From Camelus ferus (taxonomy: Eukaryota), in assembly GCF_009834535.1 (NCBI RefSeq), contig NC_045697.1, forward strand, positions 106,952,001-107,016,000: a stretch of 64,000 nucleotides of DNA, in the 5' to 3' direction. The notes under the pieces are model-generated. The model searched no databases. It had not been told where the DNA came from and worked only from the letters and a program-made list of their open reading frames with translations. The translations under genes were made by a program, and so were the position numbers. This document shows positions 38,480 to 52,020 of the stretch, in pieces; the first letter of the stretch is position 1, and each line of letters opens with the position of its first letter.

Positions 38480-39400
38480 GGTTTTGTAGGGCTGCAGTCA
38501 ACAGCCAGGAATCTCCTATAATCTGAGGAAAGACTCGAACATGACAAAGATTGAAAGAAATAGAAAAAAATAAATTCAGAAGGAAGAAAGAGAATTCAGT
38601 GAACAGAATGCAACATTAAAAAAAAAAAAAACAACAACAGTATCTAATAGAAGCTCTTACGACCATATAAGAAAGTAGGATGCTACCCCTCTCTCTAAAA
38701 AAGGAATAAAGGAAAACAAAAGAACTCTTTATATTTAAAATTCTGAGTGAAAAACAACAGGTTTCAGTGAAAAGACTGAAAGATAAAGTTGAGAAAAATC
38801 TCACAGAAATAGAACTGGTTAAAAAAAGAGAGAGAAACAGGAAAGAAAATACAGAATAATTAAAAGATGAATCCGGGATAAACAACATTCCAGAAAAAGA
38901 GAGAAAATAGGAGGAAATAATTAAAGGAAAAAAATTTCAGGTCAAAAACTGAAAGCCACAAGTCTCAAGATATAAAGGATCTACACAGTGCCCACAACAA
39001 TGAATGAAGTAAGACCCACATTGAGGCAAATAATTAAAAAATTACACCGGAGATAAAGATCCCAAGATTTTCCAAAACAAACAAATAAACAAAAAAATCA
39101 TAGTCAAAAGAATAATAATAAGAATGAACTAACACTTTTCAACAGCAGCAGTGGAAGAGTTAGGCAGATTTCAAAATTCTGAAGTGAAGTGATATTCAAG
39201 CTGCAATTCTATACCCAGTCAAACTATCAAGCATAAGTGAAGACTAAACATCATTTCAGATACTGAAAAACTCCAAGAAAAAAAATCACACCCCCATGCA
39301 CTTCTTAGGACGTCAACAGAGGATGAGCATTAGCAAAACGAGGGAGCAATACGCAAAGGAAAAGGAAGACTGAGATCTAAGAGACAGAACCCAATGTGGC
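38480..39400 (+). mobile_element. Degraded L1 ORF1-region remnant
   Basis: A-rich text gaagataaagttgagaaaaatctc; tcaaaattctgaagtgaagtgatattcaagctgcaattctatacccagtcaaactatca. Confidence 0.7.
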
Positions 39401-39487
39401 ATAAACTTTAAAATGAGAGCTACAAGCCAGGCCCGAAAGGCAAACAGTCTGGGAGGCTGGGACAGAAAAGTGGATGACAACTAAAAT

Positions 39488-39888
39488 GTGCTGGAAATTG
39501 CTTGTTTACCCTCAGCACCACCCCTGCTCTTCTAAGCTCTATCCTGGATAAAAGGAACTGAAAAGTTACAAAGTATGTTTCCCATATCCCTTGCTGGCAG
39601 GTTTTTGTTAAGAGCCCACAGTGAAAGCACCTGTACAAAATTTAGCTGGCAGAAGCAAACGAGAAGTCAGTATTCTCTAGGGTCCCCAGAAAGCATAAGC
39701 AGTGGCTCCCAGGTGCTAAACACAACTGACAGTAGTAGTTGTGGTCTATCTGCAATTCCTTACTGTGACATTCTTAAAAACTGACAGTGGTTTTCCACTC
39801 GTGTTAGTCTCTAATTCCATGTATTAAATTCCTTTCTTTTTGAATTATAAAAATATTTTGTTTTTCTAATCTAACCCTGACTAATCAG
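39488..39888 (+). mobile_element. ERVL solo LTR (LTR33-like)
   Basis: tttcccatatcccttgctggcagg and 3' end tgtattaaattcctttct...accctgactaatca. Confidence 0.6.
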
Positions 39889-40501
39889 GATCCATTAGGC
39901 AACAATATAGAAGTGATGGATCATTTGATAACCATTATGGTTATCCCATGACCATATTTACATAGCCACTATATTGTACACTCAACTTTTGACTTAAGAT
40001 TGTGATATACCTGTATTTGGAGGATAAAGACAGAGGAAATCGTCTGTGAGGAATATGACGATAGTGACACATTCTCAATTTCCACAAAAAGGAAGTCTAT
40101 ACATAAATATTTAAAGTTGATAAGTTTTTTTAAAGTAGCAGCATATGTCCATACTTTTTTTTTTTTTTTTTTAAGGCAGAAAGGTTAACTTAGAGGAGTG
40201 GGTCAAGGCATAGGACAGAGGATTGCTTTTAGGTAACAAAGAGCATGTCAGCAACACTAGATCTTTTAGGTAGGTAATAGCTAACTTTCTTAAAAATAAA
40301 AAGGATTTTAAAAAAGAGGTTAGTAAAGAAAAACACCAGAAATAAGAAACAGAAAAAAAGTTTTAAAATAAACACAAAATACAGTTGTAAAGTAGCTGGA
40401 ATCTTCAGACTTTGGAGTAAGACATTACTCCTATATCTATTTACAGGAGAGGCCAAACCACAATCAGATTGTTTTTCTGGTGCTCATAGAATCAAACGAA
40501 G

Positions 40502-40607
40502 GATGAAAATGAATATAAGTATGTATATGCATAACTGGGACATTATGCTGTACACAAGAAATTGACACATTGTAATTGACTGTACTTCAATAAAAAAAAA
40601 AAAAAAA
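40502..40607 (+). mobile_element. Severely truncated young L1 3' end (106 bp) with TSD
   Basis: tatgctgtacacaagaaattgacacattgtaattgactgtacttcaat plus poly(A). TSD agaatcaaacgaag (40488-40501) / agaatcaaatgaag (40608-40621). Confidence 0.9.
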
Positions 40608-41784
40608 AGAATCAAATGAAGCAAGTTGAGCAAAATAACTTAACTGAAATTCCCTTAGCTTCCCAGAGCCTGACACATCTGCCTCTACAGTGGGACCAAA
40701 CACACCACCTAGACTTAAAAGTATGGAGGTTGCTCCCCTACAAAAAGAGCATACAGTTGTGCATCACATATCAAAGTACCATGCTTTATAGATATAATAA
40801 CAATAGGCGGTTCCAGAGAGTCCTTCTGTAATTACTCTGTTTATGCTTCCAGTTGCCCCCAAATTGCCCAGTGCCCGCAAATGACAGGTTAATTGGCACA
40901 AGTAGGTTTGTGTGTCTGTAAAAATAGGGTTTAGATTAAGACTAGCTGATCTGGAAGCTACTCAACCTTTATAGTGAGTATGTATATTTCTTCTTTAATT
41001 TATTTTGTGCTGATCTAAAAGTTAATTTTCCATTGTTTCCAAGTTTTTGTTTTCTCTAGGAAGTTAGTTAACTTGGTGGGAGTAGTGATGTCACTGAGCC
41101 CCCATGGACAACAAACATGAATTATTAGCTTATGTTTAAATGAAGCCAAGTGAACTCTAACGATCAGTACATTTTTTCTATTTTTTATTAGGAACAATTT
41201 CAAACTTACATCTAAAGTAGAGAGAAGACTGTAATGAATTCATATGCACCTCATTACCTAGACTGAATAATTATCAATTTTGCCAATCTTGTTTTCTCTA
41301 TTCCCAAGCATACTTTTCTTTCTCGAGTATTTTAAAAACTAATGCCAGATACCATGTCATTTCACAATCCTTGCATTCAAAAATCCAAAAGATGCTATCT
41401 TTGCTGACTGCAGCAGGAATTAACATTTGAATAGATAATTGAATCTTTTGATACTGAATATCTGAATAGACTCTTTTGGCATAAGGTGAAACACATCTTA
41501 GGTAATGTGATTTATTCTCTTCAAGGCTCATATAAAAATTCAGAAGATGATTTAAGAGAATTGCCCATCCTCAGGCATGATACATAAAGGTTGTTAGTCC
41601 TTCAGGACATCTATTCTCTATGAAGGTACAAAAGTGTTAAAGAATCAGAAAAGTTTGGAGAAAACAAGGAGAGAAATAAAGTCATCTAGGAAAAGAATCA
41701 TCAAGGGAACGGGAAAAATGAATTTAGAGACAAACATTAAATTACCCAGGAACCCGGGCTGCCTGAAAAAGATTTAATTACTAT

Positions 41785-42187
41785 AACAGACGTCAGCGCC
41801 TGCGCACGTCCCTCAGAACGTAAAGCATCCTCCTGCAGACTTCCATGTACCAGATTCTACGTCTCAGTGCCTGAGGGTTCTGCACCTGAGGGCACTCTTG
41901 GCTCTACCTGGAAACTTAAATTGGAATAACTCTCAGATGTTGGTATATAAATATCACAGCTCCATCAATTCTCAGAAGGGATAATTCTGTGACATATTTT
42001 TCACTATTTCCAAAGATTTCTATAGAAACTCCTTCAGGATCTGTCTTCATAGATGCCCATCCAAGTCTCCCTTTCTCCGTGTCATTTTCCAACTTCCCTA
42101 CTGGTGGCACTTGAATTTCCAAAACAAAGTACTTGCACTTGAACCCCTGTCTCAGCATCTCAATCTGGGGAAAACTGAATGAAGACA
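41785..42187 (+). mobile_element. ERVL solo LTR (LTR16/LTR33-like)
   Basis: 3' end tacttgcacttgaacccctgtctcagcatctcaatctggggaaaactgaatgaagaca. The 5' boundary is uncertain. Confidence 0.6.
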
Positions 42188-42469
42188 ATTACTGAACAGG
42201 ATTCTTTTCTTGCTCTTTCAGGTTTTAGATGAACAAGAAGAGCAGAGAAAGACCCTGTGGTAGATGCTTACATACATTATATCTCATTAAATCACGAGAA
42301 CAACAATGTAAGGTAAGAATTATACAGATAGGGAAGCTCAGAAAGTTGTGTCTGTAGCCTCCCTGTTGAGATTTGAATGTAGGAATAAGCTAAGGTTAGG
42401 AAAAGTACCAGCGATGTGAGTTAATTATACCTGAATCTCCATATGCCCCTTTTCCCAAGAAACCTCACC

Positions 42470-43110
42470 CCGTTTTATTTCCTCAAAGCACTGTAATATC
42501 TGACATTACCTTTTTCTTTTCTATGTATTTACTTATTAATTATCTCTCTCCTTCACCCCCTTTAGAATGGAAGCTGCCTAAGAGCAAGGACTTTTCCCCT
42601 CATCAGTACATCCTCAGGAGCTGAGAGTAGATTTATGCACTCAATGAATATTTGTTCAATGAACAATTTATCCTTACAATCAAACAAAATATTTTGGCCT
42701 GTATCTTATAACCCTTTATCTTTTCTAGATTTTCTACAAATCAAACCCACTTTGCTAACTTCCCAGAAAAACCATGCTTCTTTGATGTTCCAATCGTCAT
42801 TTTGCCTGTGGGCATTTATAGGTCCTGATCTCTCTACCCGAACTGTTCTTTCCTTAGACAATCCTCATGGCCTGTTCCCTCACTTCACTCAGGTCTCTAC
42901 TGAAACAGCACATTACTAGAGAGGCATTATTGCTTTCCTTTTCTCTCTGGTAATTATCACCAAATGACATATTTATCTGTATGTCTATCTCCACTAGACT
43001 ATAAACTCCATGAGAGAAGTATATTATTCTTATTTCTTTACTGGTATATTCTCAACACTTGGTATCCCTGGTAAGTGGTAGGCAGTCAACAAATTCTGTT
43101 GAATGAATGG
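42470..43110 (+). mobile_element. Two adjacent L2 3' ends
   Basis: gcactcaatgaatatttgttcaatgaa near 42640 and gtaggcagtcaacaaattctgttgaatgaatg near 43100. Confidence 0.75.
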
Positions 43111-46039
43111 ATAGGCACTGTCTAAGTTAGTGCTGTTATGGAAACAACAACCTCCACGCAATTTCTTTGGCTTTCTGAAATCTTTTTCAAGAAGTATCAA
43201 TAATAAATATGAAACCCAGGAGACCTAGATAAGTGGAACTCCACATTTAACTGTAACTACAGTCCAACAGGAGGGCTTATGTTTAGAGTCTATTAATTAA
43301 AGGAAGGCACCACATGTGGACTCCAAAGATACACTTCCCAGCTCTCACATGTAAGAGACTCAGCTGCTGTGCTAGGTCTCTACCAAGTACACCATTTAAA
43401 TATAAATGAAAAACTTCATGCATGTTTGATTAGCTATTATCACGTTAGTTTTAGTTCCATCTTTCCAGTCACAACTGTTAGTTTTCAACAGTTTCGTGAA
43501 AACTGAAAAAGACAAAGTGGACTTTTTTATATGGTGTGCTCTTACAGATCTTATAAGGCACTGTCATTCTCACCTCCTTATTGGAGCTTGATTGATTACT
43601 CCTTTTTCTTATGTTCATTAATCTCATCACCTTATCTTTTATACCACTTCATTTTAGCAGAAAGGTAATAATAAAACCCTCATCCATTATCCTTTTACAC
43701 ATCTAGTCAAGCGGAAATGGTTAATAACATGCTACAAATTGAACTTCAATCACCTCATTTTCTCCTTTGTTGAATACACATTAAAATATATTCCAAAAGT
43801 GCAATTTGTTTTACAGGAGAATTTGTGTTATATTGCTACAGACAACTAAAATTAAGTGTTTCTCAGTTCGGTTATTAAATATATCCAAGTGCTCTTTTAT
43901 CGATAATACTAAAACATTAACTCATTTTATTAGGGCATAATAATATAAGAGCCTTATCTCCCAGAACACAAAGACATCTAGACTACCTAATAGTATGTGT
44001 TAGACGATGGGTCATTTATCTTTAAGAAAAAAATACCAGTGATAATTTATGAATTGGTACATTACTGCAGATGAAATTGGTCTCTATTTTTAAAAGTTAA
44101 TTTGTTTACATGCAGCCTTATCTTGAAATGCAAGCCCTATTAGTGAAGAAGTCTATAACTGTCATATAAAACAGAAAGAGAAGAATAGATATATACATAA
44201 AATAGAAAGACATAATGATTTAAGATTTTAAAACTATGCCCTTTTGAATGGAACAAATATATAATTAGACTGTGCTTTTCAAAAAGGAAAAGGAAAAATG
44301 ACTGATAAAATTACACATTTTTATATACATTACAGCAAATCCTTGTTGAAATGAGGTTTAATAGTCCTGAAACTATTAGCAGGGAAATGGCTATCTTTTT
44401 GTGGAGAAGAGATTTTCCATTAATTTGGGTGAGAATCTTCTATTTGTAAACGGGCATGCTCACCAACTGACTAAAACCTAGACTTATAGCAATGCTGGAA
44501 AATTTAACAAGATAATCAAGGCTTATTGGATATTATCTTCCAATCACCCTGAAAAAATGTTCTTTAACTGTAGGAAAAAATTTACCAACTGACTTACTAT
44601 CAATATTTGAGCCCCCAAACTGTACCACTTCTTAAGAATAAAATTCATCTTCACTATGAAAAAAAGTTTGTAATATACTTATAAATCTATTTTCTTACAC
44701 TGTTGCTTTTTTAAAAAGTCCCTTTTTATCCATTAAAATATTTCACTGTAAAATATACACAAAAATGATGTATGACAATTACAAAGTTATACAATTTTAT
44801 AGCATTGTGTACTCAATGTTTTGTTATTCCAGATTCAAGAACCGGTATCTATTTTTGTTTATATTTGCTTTAGGACTTTTTAGAACATAATCCAGGGTTC
44901 CCAATAAATAAGTTCATTCTCTTTTTGCATGATTTCATACTGCTTGTGTTAGTGGAAGATTTTTAAGATACCTGTCATATTAGGCATGAATTACATGTCA
45001 TAGTTACATTATGCTGCCCAGAGATAATCTTCATTTTTTTGTAAACTACACAAAATAAAAGAACATTATAATAGCAATAGGCTAAAATTATTGAATACTT
45101 ATTTCCTACAAAGAACTGACAATATATTACTAAGTTTATATTACTGAATATATATTTTCCTTTTAAGGAGAGGGAGGAATTAACATTTAATACTGTTTAG
45201 CATATGAAAATTGGAAAGGAATCAATAAATAAGCCTATGCATTCAACAGTTTTGATTGCAATCTCTAAACATCCTTGAACTATATCAGATGCCAATGCCT
45301 ATAAGCATATGAGTTCATCAATTTAATGAGGATTCAGGCAAATCAGCTGCTTAATGAGAACTCCAGCTACTGTGGCAGAGGTTTTGCTCCAGTGCAAACA
45401 AAATCAGTGTGATAAAACTGGCAAACGGATGCAAGCCTATGTCTTTTTAAAATCAGTATTTCATGTACGGCAAACAGCAAAACGTGATCATTTGGAAACA
45501 TTTTTATTTATACTATTTATACTTCCATGTGTTTTAATATTTAGACATAATGGTTTCATTTTTTAAATATTCCTAACCCTCCTCTCATCTATCCTGACTG
45601 TTTAACCCATCTCTCTAAATTTTTTTCTCTCTTTGTTCTCTTTCTACATTGAAATATACATGTAAGGTCATCATTTGAACAAGGACAATTTTTAATTATC
45701 GTTTTTGGAAACAGTAATTCCCAACTTAATGGTTAAAAAAACCCCACAAACATTATTTAAACTTTCTTGTTAGCTGAGTAATGCTTTGGTCCATAATTTG
45801 GAGAACTATCCACTTTAAAAAAACAAAATTAAGAATATTCAAAATTGAAGATGGACAGTATCTTTTAACATTTTTTAAAGAATAAAATACTTTCATTCTT
45901 AAGACAAATATTACTCCTACAGCTTCACAGCAATGGTGTGAGTAACAGCAGAAGCTTTCCATGACCAATGGTGGGTCTGGAGATACTGTGTGTCTTGTCT
46001 CCTCATATGTTCCAACATGAGGCACCATCACCCATGCTA

Positions 46040-46670
46040 CAGTTTACCTAAAAACATTTACTTTAATCTAATTAAGCCTTTACATTTAACAACTGGTTTG
46101 TAGGAATTACAAAGAATAGAAGAGCAAGCTAAATAATTACAAGAAAGCAAATAAATAAATGCAGAAGGTGGGACATTCTACAGGATAAATGGTCTAGTCT
46201 CTTCAACAAGTAAGTGTCAGGAGTAAAGGACTGTTCTAGAAGGAAAAAGACTTAAGGAACAAAACCACCAGATACAGAGTACAGTCCTGGTTTGGGCTAA
46301 CAAGTTATACAAAATATCTGGGGGACAAGATGATACATTTAAAAATAGGTTAGGTATGAGATAATATTAAGGAATATTATTAACTTTGTTAGGTAATAGC
46401 ATTATCTTAGTCTATGATGGAAACTATATTCTTTTATTGAAATTTTTAAAAAGTATTTGGGATAGATAGTTGGGTATCCAATTTACTTTAAAATCTTTCA
46501 GCATGTCAATTGTGGTAAAGGCAGAAAGGGGACACAAAAAGGGCCTCTGGTGCTGGCAATGTTCGTTTCCTGTTCTGGCTGCTGGTATAATGGAACAGTC
46601 CAGTCTGCAAAAAGTCAGCAAGTTATATAATTATGTGCATTTTTCTGTAGAAAATAAATTTCAATGAAAA
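46040..46670 (+). mobile_element. L1ME/L1MC-type 3' fragment
   Basis: gaaggtgggacattctacaggataaatggtctagtctcttcaacaag...gataatattaaggaatattattaacttt. Confidence 0.65.
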
Positions 46671-48179
46671 ATCAAAACTTCATCAGCCTTAAAAATAAGA
46701 AAGTGAATTAGCTTTAAAATGCACGGGCTCTGGGACAAAGTGCCTAGGTTTAAATTTTGGCTCTACCACATACTTGCGCTGACCATGAGTTACTAATATC
46801 TCTGTACCTCTTCACCTGCAAAATGCTAGCCATAATTATTCTTTAACATCAATAACCCCAATTTCTAAGGTGACTTGTTTTTTATGTGCCATTTTTGTGT
46901 ATGTGTGTTAGACTACCTTTCTTATTCAGCCCCAAACAGAGTTCTAATTCCCTAACTCTGAAAACTGGAAACATCTGAAATAAATCTAGAACAGGAGTAC
47001 TAGTCTATTACTAGTCTTGAACTGAATGCCTGTAGTCTTAGAAAGTTGAAATAAAATTTATAACATCAACTTAGTTTTAAGTGCATGTTAAGAGATGTAT
47101 CTGCTCTAGATAGTTCCTTGGAAGTGGCAGTCATTGTGTGGAACGATTCTAGCCCAAAGTAACATATACCAGAATACTGCACATTAATTTCACCTGAATA
47201 CCATTCAACATGCTAAGTGATCTGAAAAATAGAAACTGAGATACATATATATCCTAGAGTTCATAAAGGAGAAATGAAGAAGGTATTGCTGACAAGACTA
47301 TTCAAGATTATTTATCACTACTAGAAGTATGTATATTTTATCAGCAATGGAACTCTAAAAACATCTTTTAGAATATCAGTTCATTAAACAATATCAATGA
47401 GGGAATAAAAACATTTATGTACTTTAGGAATATTGCTTTAACATTTGAAATAATTTTTCCAATGTTTGGCATTTTCTTTTTTTTAACTTAAGGTTTCGAT
47501 GTCATTTGAAGCACATAATAAATAGCTTTTAAATTCAATTGTTGCTAACTTATGACCAAGTCTTTTCCATTATATTTTCTGCCACTTGAAAATGAGCATC
47601 AAATATTTGAGGTTTAACAGAAATTTTAATATGTGAACTGAGAATTATTTTTGTATTCTCACAGTCATACTATAATGTCATTAGATAGTATGCTGAACAT
47701 TTTGAAAAGCAATGAAACTGAAGATTATAAGGTATGCTGTCATGTTTTTTACAAAGTAGCTTAGGTGACTGTAGTTGCAAAGTAGCTCAACGATAAGCAA
47801 TTACAAGAATGTTCATAATACACTCCTTATCAAAGTAGCAACTTACACTTTCCTAAAAATGTTTTCCCTTTTAAAATGTTATTATCTAATTCAGCGATAC
47901 ACAAGGGCTGTACAAATTAGTGCAATTATCTAACAGAAGATACAGCCACAGAACCTAAGAAGAGAGGCGCTATATGAGCAAAATCAACTTTACAGAGCAT
48001 CCTCCTTAGAAACTAGACAGTATTAGCTGCAAATTTAAAGCTACTTTGTTGGCCTAAAAGTTTTAACTATATAGATGTACTATTAAATAAAATAACTTTT
48101 CTGATTTTCAATCTGACTCTTACAACTGCTAATACAGGGAGCACTGGAAATCATAAGGACGGTTTCAAAACCCGGTAGT

Positions 48180-48540
48180 TCTGTCAATTATGGTTACATT
48201 TGGCTACAGATAAAAGCTAACCAAAAATGTTTTAAGCAAATTAGGCTTTTTTGTTTTTTGTCAAGTAGCAAAGGTAATCTAAAGGTAGCCAGTTACTGGA
48301 TCACTGGCTCAAGAACACAAAGCTTGAGGTCTCTGATTTCCTTTACTTGTTCCAATTATTATGTTTAAATTTTAGGAAGGACAAGAGGAAGGAGAAGGAC
48401 AAAGAGCAAAAGGCAAGGCTGGGCTAAGTCAGCTCCACCTGTAAACACTCTCCTAGAACTCCAACCCAGCAACTTCCACTTACATCTTATTGACCAAAAC
48501 CGTATCTAACTGCAAGCCCTACCTTCAAGGAAAGCTGAGA
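48180..48540 (-). mobile_element. Old MLT1-type LTR
   Basis: cccagcaacttccacttacatcttattgaccaaaac...ccttcaaggaaagctgaga. Confidence 0.55.
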
Positions 48541-50809
48541 GAGAGAGGGAGGGAGAGAGAGAGATGGAGACAGGGAGACAGGGAGAGAAAAAGGGAGGAG
48601 GCAGGGGGAGTGTGTGTGTATGTTAGGCTGAGAACGTTGGTGCATTTACAATTTCAGGGTATTTGCAATTTTCTTAAATGTTTTCTTAACCTGTGTCTCT
48701 CAAACTATTTTCATTCAAAGTATACCTTATTCCATAAGGCAATGCCAAATATAGACCTTGCCTCTCTGAAAAACATCTAAGGAGAAAAAATGTATCAGAG
48801 ATGGGATAAATTATTTTGCAAAATGTATCAATTTCAGATATTTAAATAAATGTTTATGGTTTCTGCTACCATTTTTAAAAATTAATCAATAAAACATATA
48901 TTACTTTGTCTGAATTATGCATTACATTTTAGAACAGTACAACTTGTAGTACCTTTTAAACAACTTTTTACTTTTGAAATAAATCTCAAACAAATGGATT
49001 CACTGCCTCCCTCATGAAGGTACCTTTAGACATTTCCTCCTCTCCCCACCACCCCACCCCGTTCCCCAGATGCATTATAACCAACAGGTAAGAGAATAAA
49101 TTCTGGAATCAGTTTGCCTTGTTTCAAAATGGCTCTAGCAATTTTGAGTAAATTAGATAATTTCTCTGGGCTTTATTTTCTTTGACTGTAAAAGAGTAGT
49201 AATAATTGTAACTGCAAGAATTAAATGAGTTAACATATGTGTAACTTCTAGCATCATGTGCTTGTAAGTATTCTTCCTTCTTATTGTTATTACCTTTTCC
49301 TTCATTTGAGATACACTCATTAGTACTTACTGTATACCAGACATTGTACTAAACACTAGAAATGCATGCTATGACCAAATCATACATGAACTCTCCCTTA
49401 TAAACACAATTTTTACCATCTTTTTATTACTAGAAATATGAACATGGAGTTTGTTTTCTACAGCTAAAGAGAGAAGAGCACAAAGTAAAATAAATTTACA
49501 AAGCAATGAAAAAATTTATGAGGGATTGAAGATTCTAAACAGTTCCTGTTTCCTGTAATATCCAGCTAAGAATGGCTTTAAAAGACAAATTCAGAATTGA
49601 ACAAAAATAATAAAGTTACCCAATCTTTTCAGAATTTCTATACCATTTAACTACAAATTTCATGACATAGCCATAATCATATAAAAAAGAAATTTTAAAA
49701 GTTTCAGAGCAAACTTTAAGAATATTCACGATGCCTGGGTAGTATAAAAAAGTCAGACCAAAATAATTTTACATTAAGTCTTGCCACTAAAACACACAAC
49801 AAAAGCAAATACATTGCCATTGGTATTACCAAAAACATAAATGGAAATACTGATCTGCAAACCTCCTGAAAAAAAAAAAAACCTGGACAAATATTAATAA
49901 CTCTAAGGACTTTGCTAATTATGTAAATGTCTATCTTTTCCACATGTAATTTCACTCAAACTTCCGCTCTTTTCCCCAATTAACAACCCTGCCAAATGTG
50001 TGGACTTGAAAAGGCCACAGCTTTATACACAATTAACAGTCAAATTCTAACACAAATTACATGTCATTCTTATCTCTGCACACACATTGAACTCCTATAT
50101 CTTGTTGCCAGCAGGCAGCTTGCACCAGGGAATACATCCTGAATTTGTTTAATGTCTAGGAACAACATTTCACACCTAGAAAGGAGATACTAACCACTGC
50201 CAACTACACGAACGAAATTTGCCATGCTCCCTCCTTTATATTTTGTCCAAATAGGTAGTTCTACTAATCCATTCATCTGTTTTAACAAGTATTTTCTTGG
50301 AGCATGAGATATAAAAACAGTCTTCAGTGTTCTAGAAAAACTCAGGATGATTATAGGAACCCTTATGTAGAGTAAAAATATTTTCTGAACTAGAAATTGT
50401 GGAAAAATCATTTTACAAATCATCTGACAACAAGAAAAAATACTTCATATTAGATGCATCCTAGAAAATTAGGTATGGTCACTATATCTATGACTGTTTC
50501 TCTAGAAAGAGTTTTCAACAATAGAAACACAAGAAATAATCAATTTCTTATCTAGCAAGGATACCAATCATCACTTCAAAATGCTCAAATATGCCCTGAT
50601 CTTTTGAAGTGTAATGTTTTATTACCAGAGTACCGCAATAAATATCATTTATATAATAAAAGAAAAACAAAAATACATCTCACATATATTAATATATATA
50701 CATATTGTGTTTTAAAGGTACTATATAAAAGGGAACTCTGTAAAGCAGAGACTTTTTAATACACAAGTTATCATTTTCAATTAACCTTTTAAATAAATCT
50801 GATTGGGTT

Positions 50810-51320
50810 AGTTACCAGCTTAAAACTTTTCAATGATCACTCACTGTGCTTAGAATAGTTTCAATTTCTTTAACTGACATCTGTCTACCTGTCTAGATTC
50901 ATCTACAACCTTCTCCCCGTACCCTAAGTTCCAATCATACTACTATTCTTTCTATTTCTCCATCTCAACCAAGCTCTCTCTCAAACTAGTATCTTTCCCT
51001 GAGTCTGGAATACACTTTCCCCATTTATCTAGTAGGCTCCTGGTTATCCTTCAGTTCAGTTTAAATGTCATTTCTTCAGTGAAGCCTTCCATGAACATCC
51101 TCCTCCTATCCCCTCCCCGCCAAATACACTAGACGTCGGGATAAACATTTCCATACTACCCCTAGTATGACATTTAATATAATACATTAGAAATGCTTAT
51201 TGATCACACTCTGCTGGAATATCAACTCTGTGAGTGTCCCTAAGAAGAACCATGTCTGTCCAGCTCACTGTTGGATTCCCAAGATCTACACATAAGGGCC
51301 TGACCCTCAATAATTTTTGA
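50810..51320 (+). mobile_element. L2 remnant
   Basis: gcttaaaacttttcaatgatcactcactgtgcttagaata; tttaaatgtcatttcttcagtgaagccttcc. Confidence 0.7.
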
Positions 51321-51496
51321 TTTCTCAAATTGGTATGTGTGTGTGTTTGTATATATATACAAAAAAAGTGTGTGTGTGTGTATATATATCAGGTCAAAGC
51401 AGAGTTAATATGCATTATAATATCCATTTAAAATATTATACTCTCTTCCCATCATGACAAATCCCTTTCTATGCGTGTAAAATGTTCTGCTAACTG

Positions 51497-51602
51497 AAGG
51501 GGAAGGAATGGGAGTGGGGATGGGGAGAGGGAGGAGAAGGAAAAGGGAAGGAGAAGAGGCAGAATGAGGAGGTGGAGGGAGAGGAAAAGGAGGAAGAAGA
51601 AA
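51497..51602 (+). repeat. Purine-rich low-complexity tract containing a G-quadruplex motif
   Basis: ggggaaggaatgggagtggggatggggagaggg followed by GA-rich sequence. Confidence 0.8.
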
Positions 51603-51619
51603 CAGTGATGTGCTTGGAC

Positions 51620-51860
51620 ATGGCATCAATTTGGTGCAATGGAGGTTGGTGGAAAGTAGTGAATTTGAAGTCAGTATCCTAGATCTGAGTTCATACTGCA
51701 CCACCTGTTATCTATAAGACGTTATTAAAGTTGCTTAAGGTCACAAAGCCTAATCTCCTCATCTGTAAAATGGGGAACATCAGTGCCCATCCCACACATC
51801 TCAGAGAGCTGTGATGTATTAATGAAATTAAGCTTGTGAAAGCCCTTAAAATCTGTGAAG
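51620..51860 (+). mobile_element. MIR
   Basis: tctcctcatctgtaaaatgggga core. Confidence 0.75.
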
Positions 51861-51893
51861 CACTTCATAACAAAAGGAATTGTTAATACCTTT

Positions 51894-52020
51894 TTTATAT
51901 TCGTTTTTTCTTACAGGTTATTACAAGCTATTGAAAATAGTTCCCTGTGTTATGCAGTAGGACCTTGTTGTTTATCTAGCTCATATACAGCAGTTTGCTT
52001 CTGCTAATCCCAAACTCCTC
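51894..52020 (-). mobile_element. Short cetartiodactyl-type L1 3' UTR fragment
   Basis: aatagttccctgtgttatgcagtaggaccttgttgtttatct...ctgctaatcccaaactcc. Apparent TSD taataccttt / taatatcttt. Confidence 0.75.
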
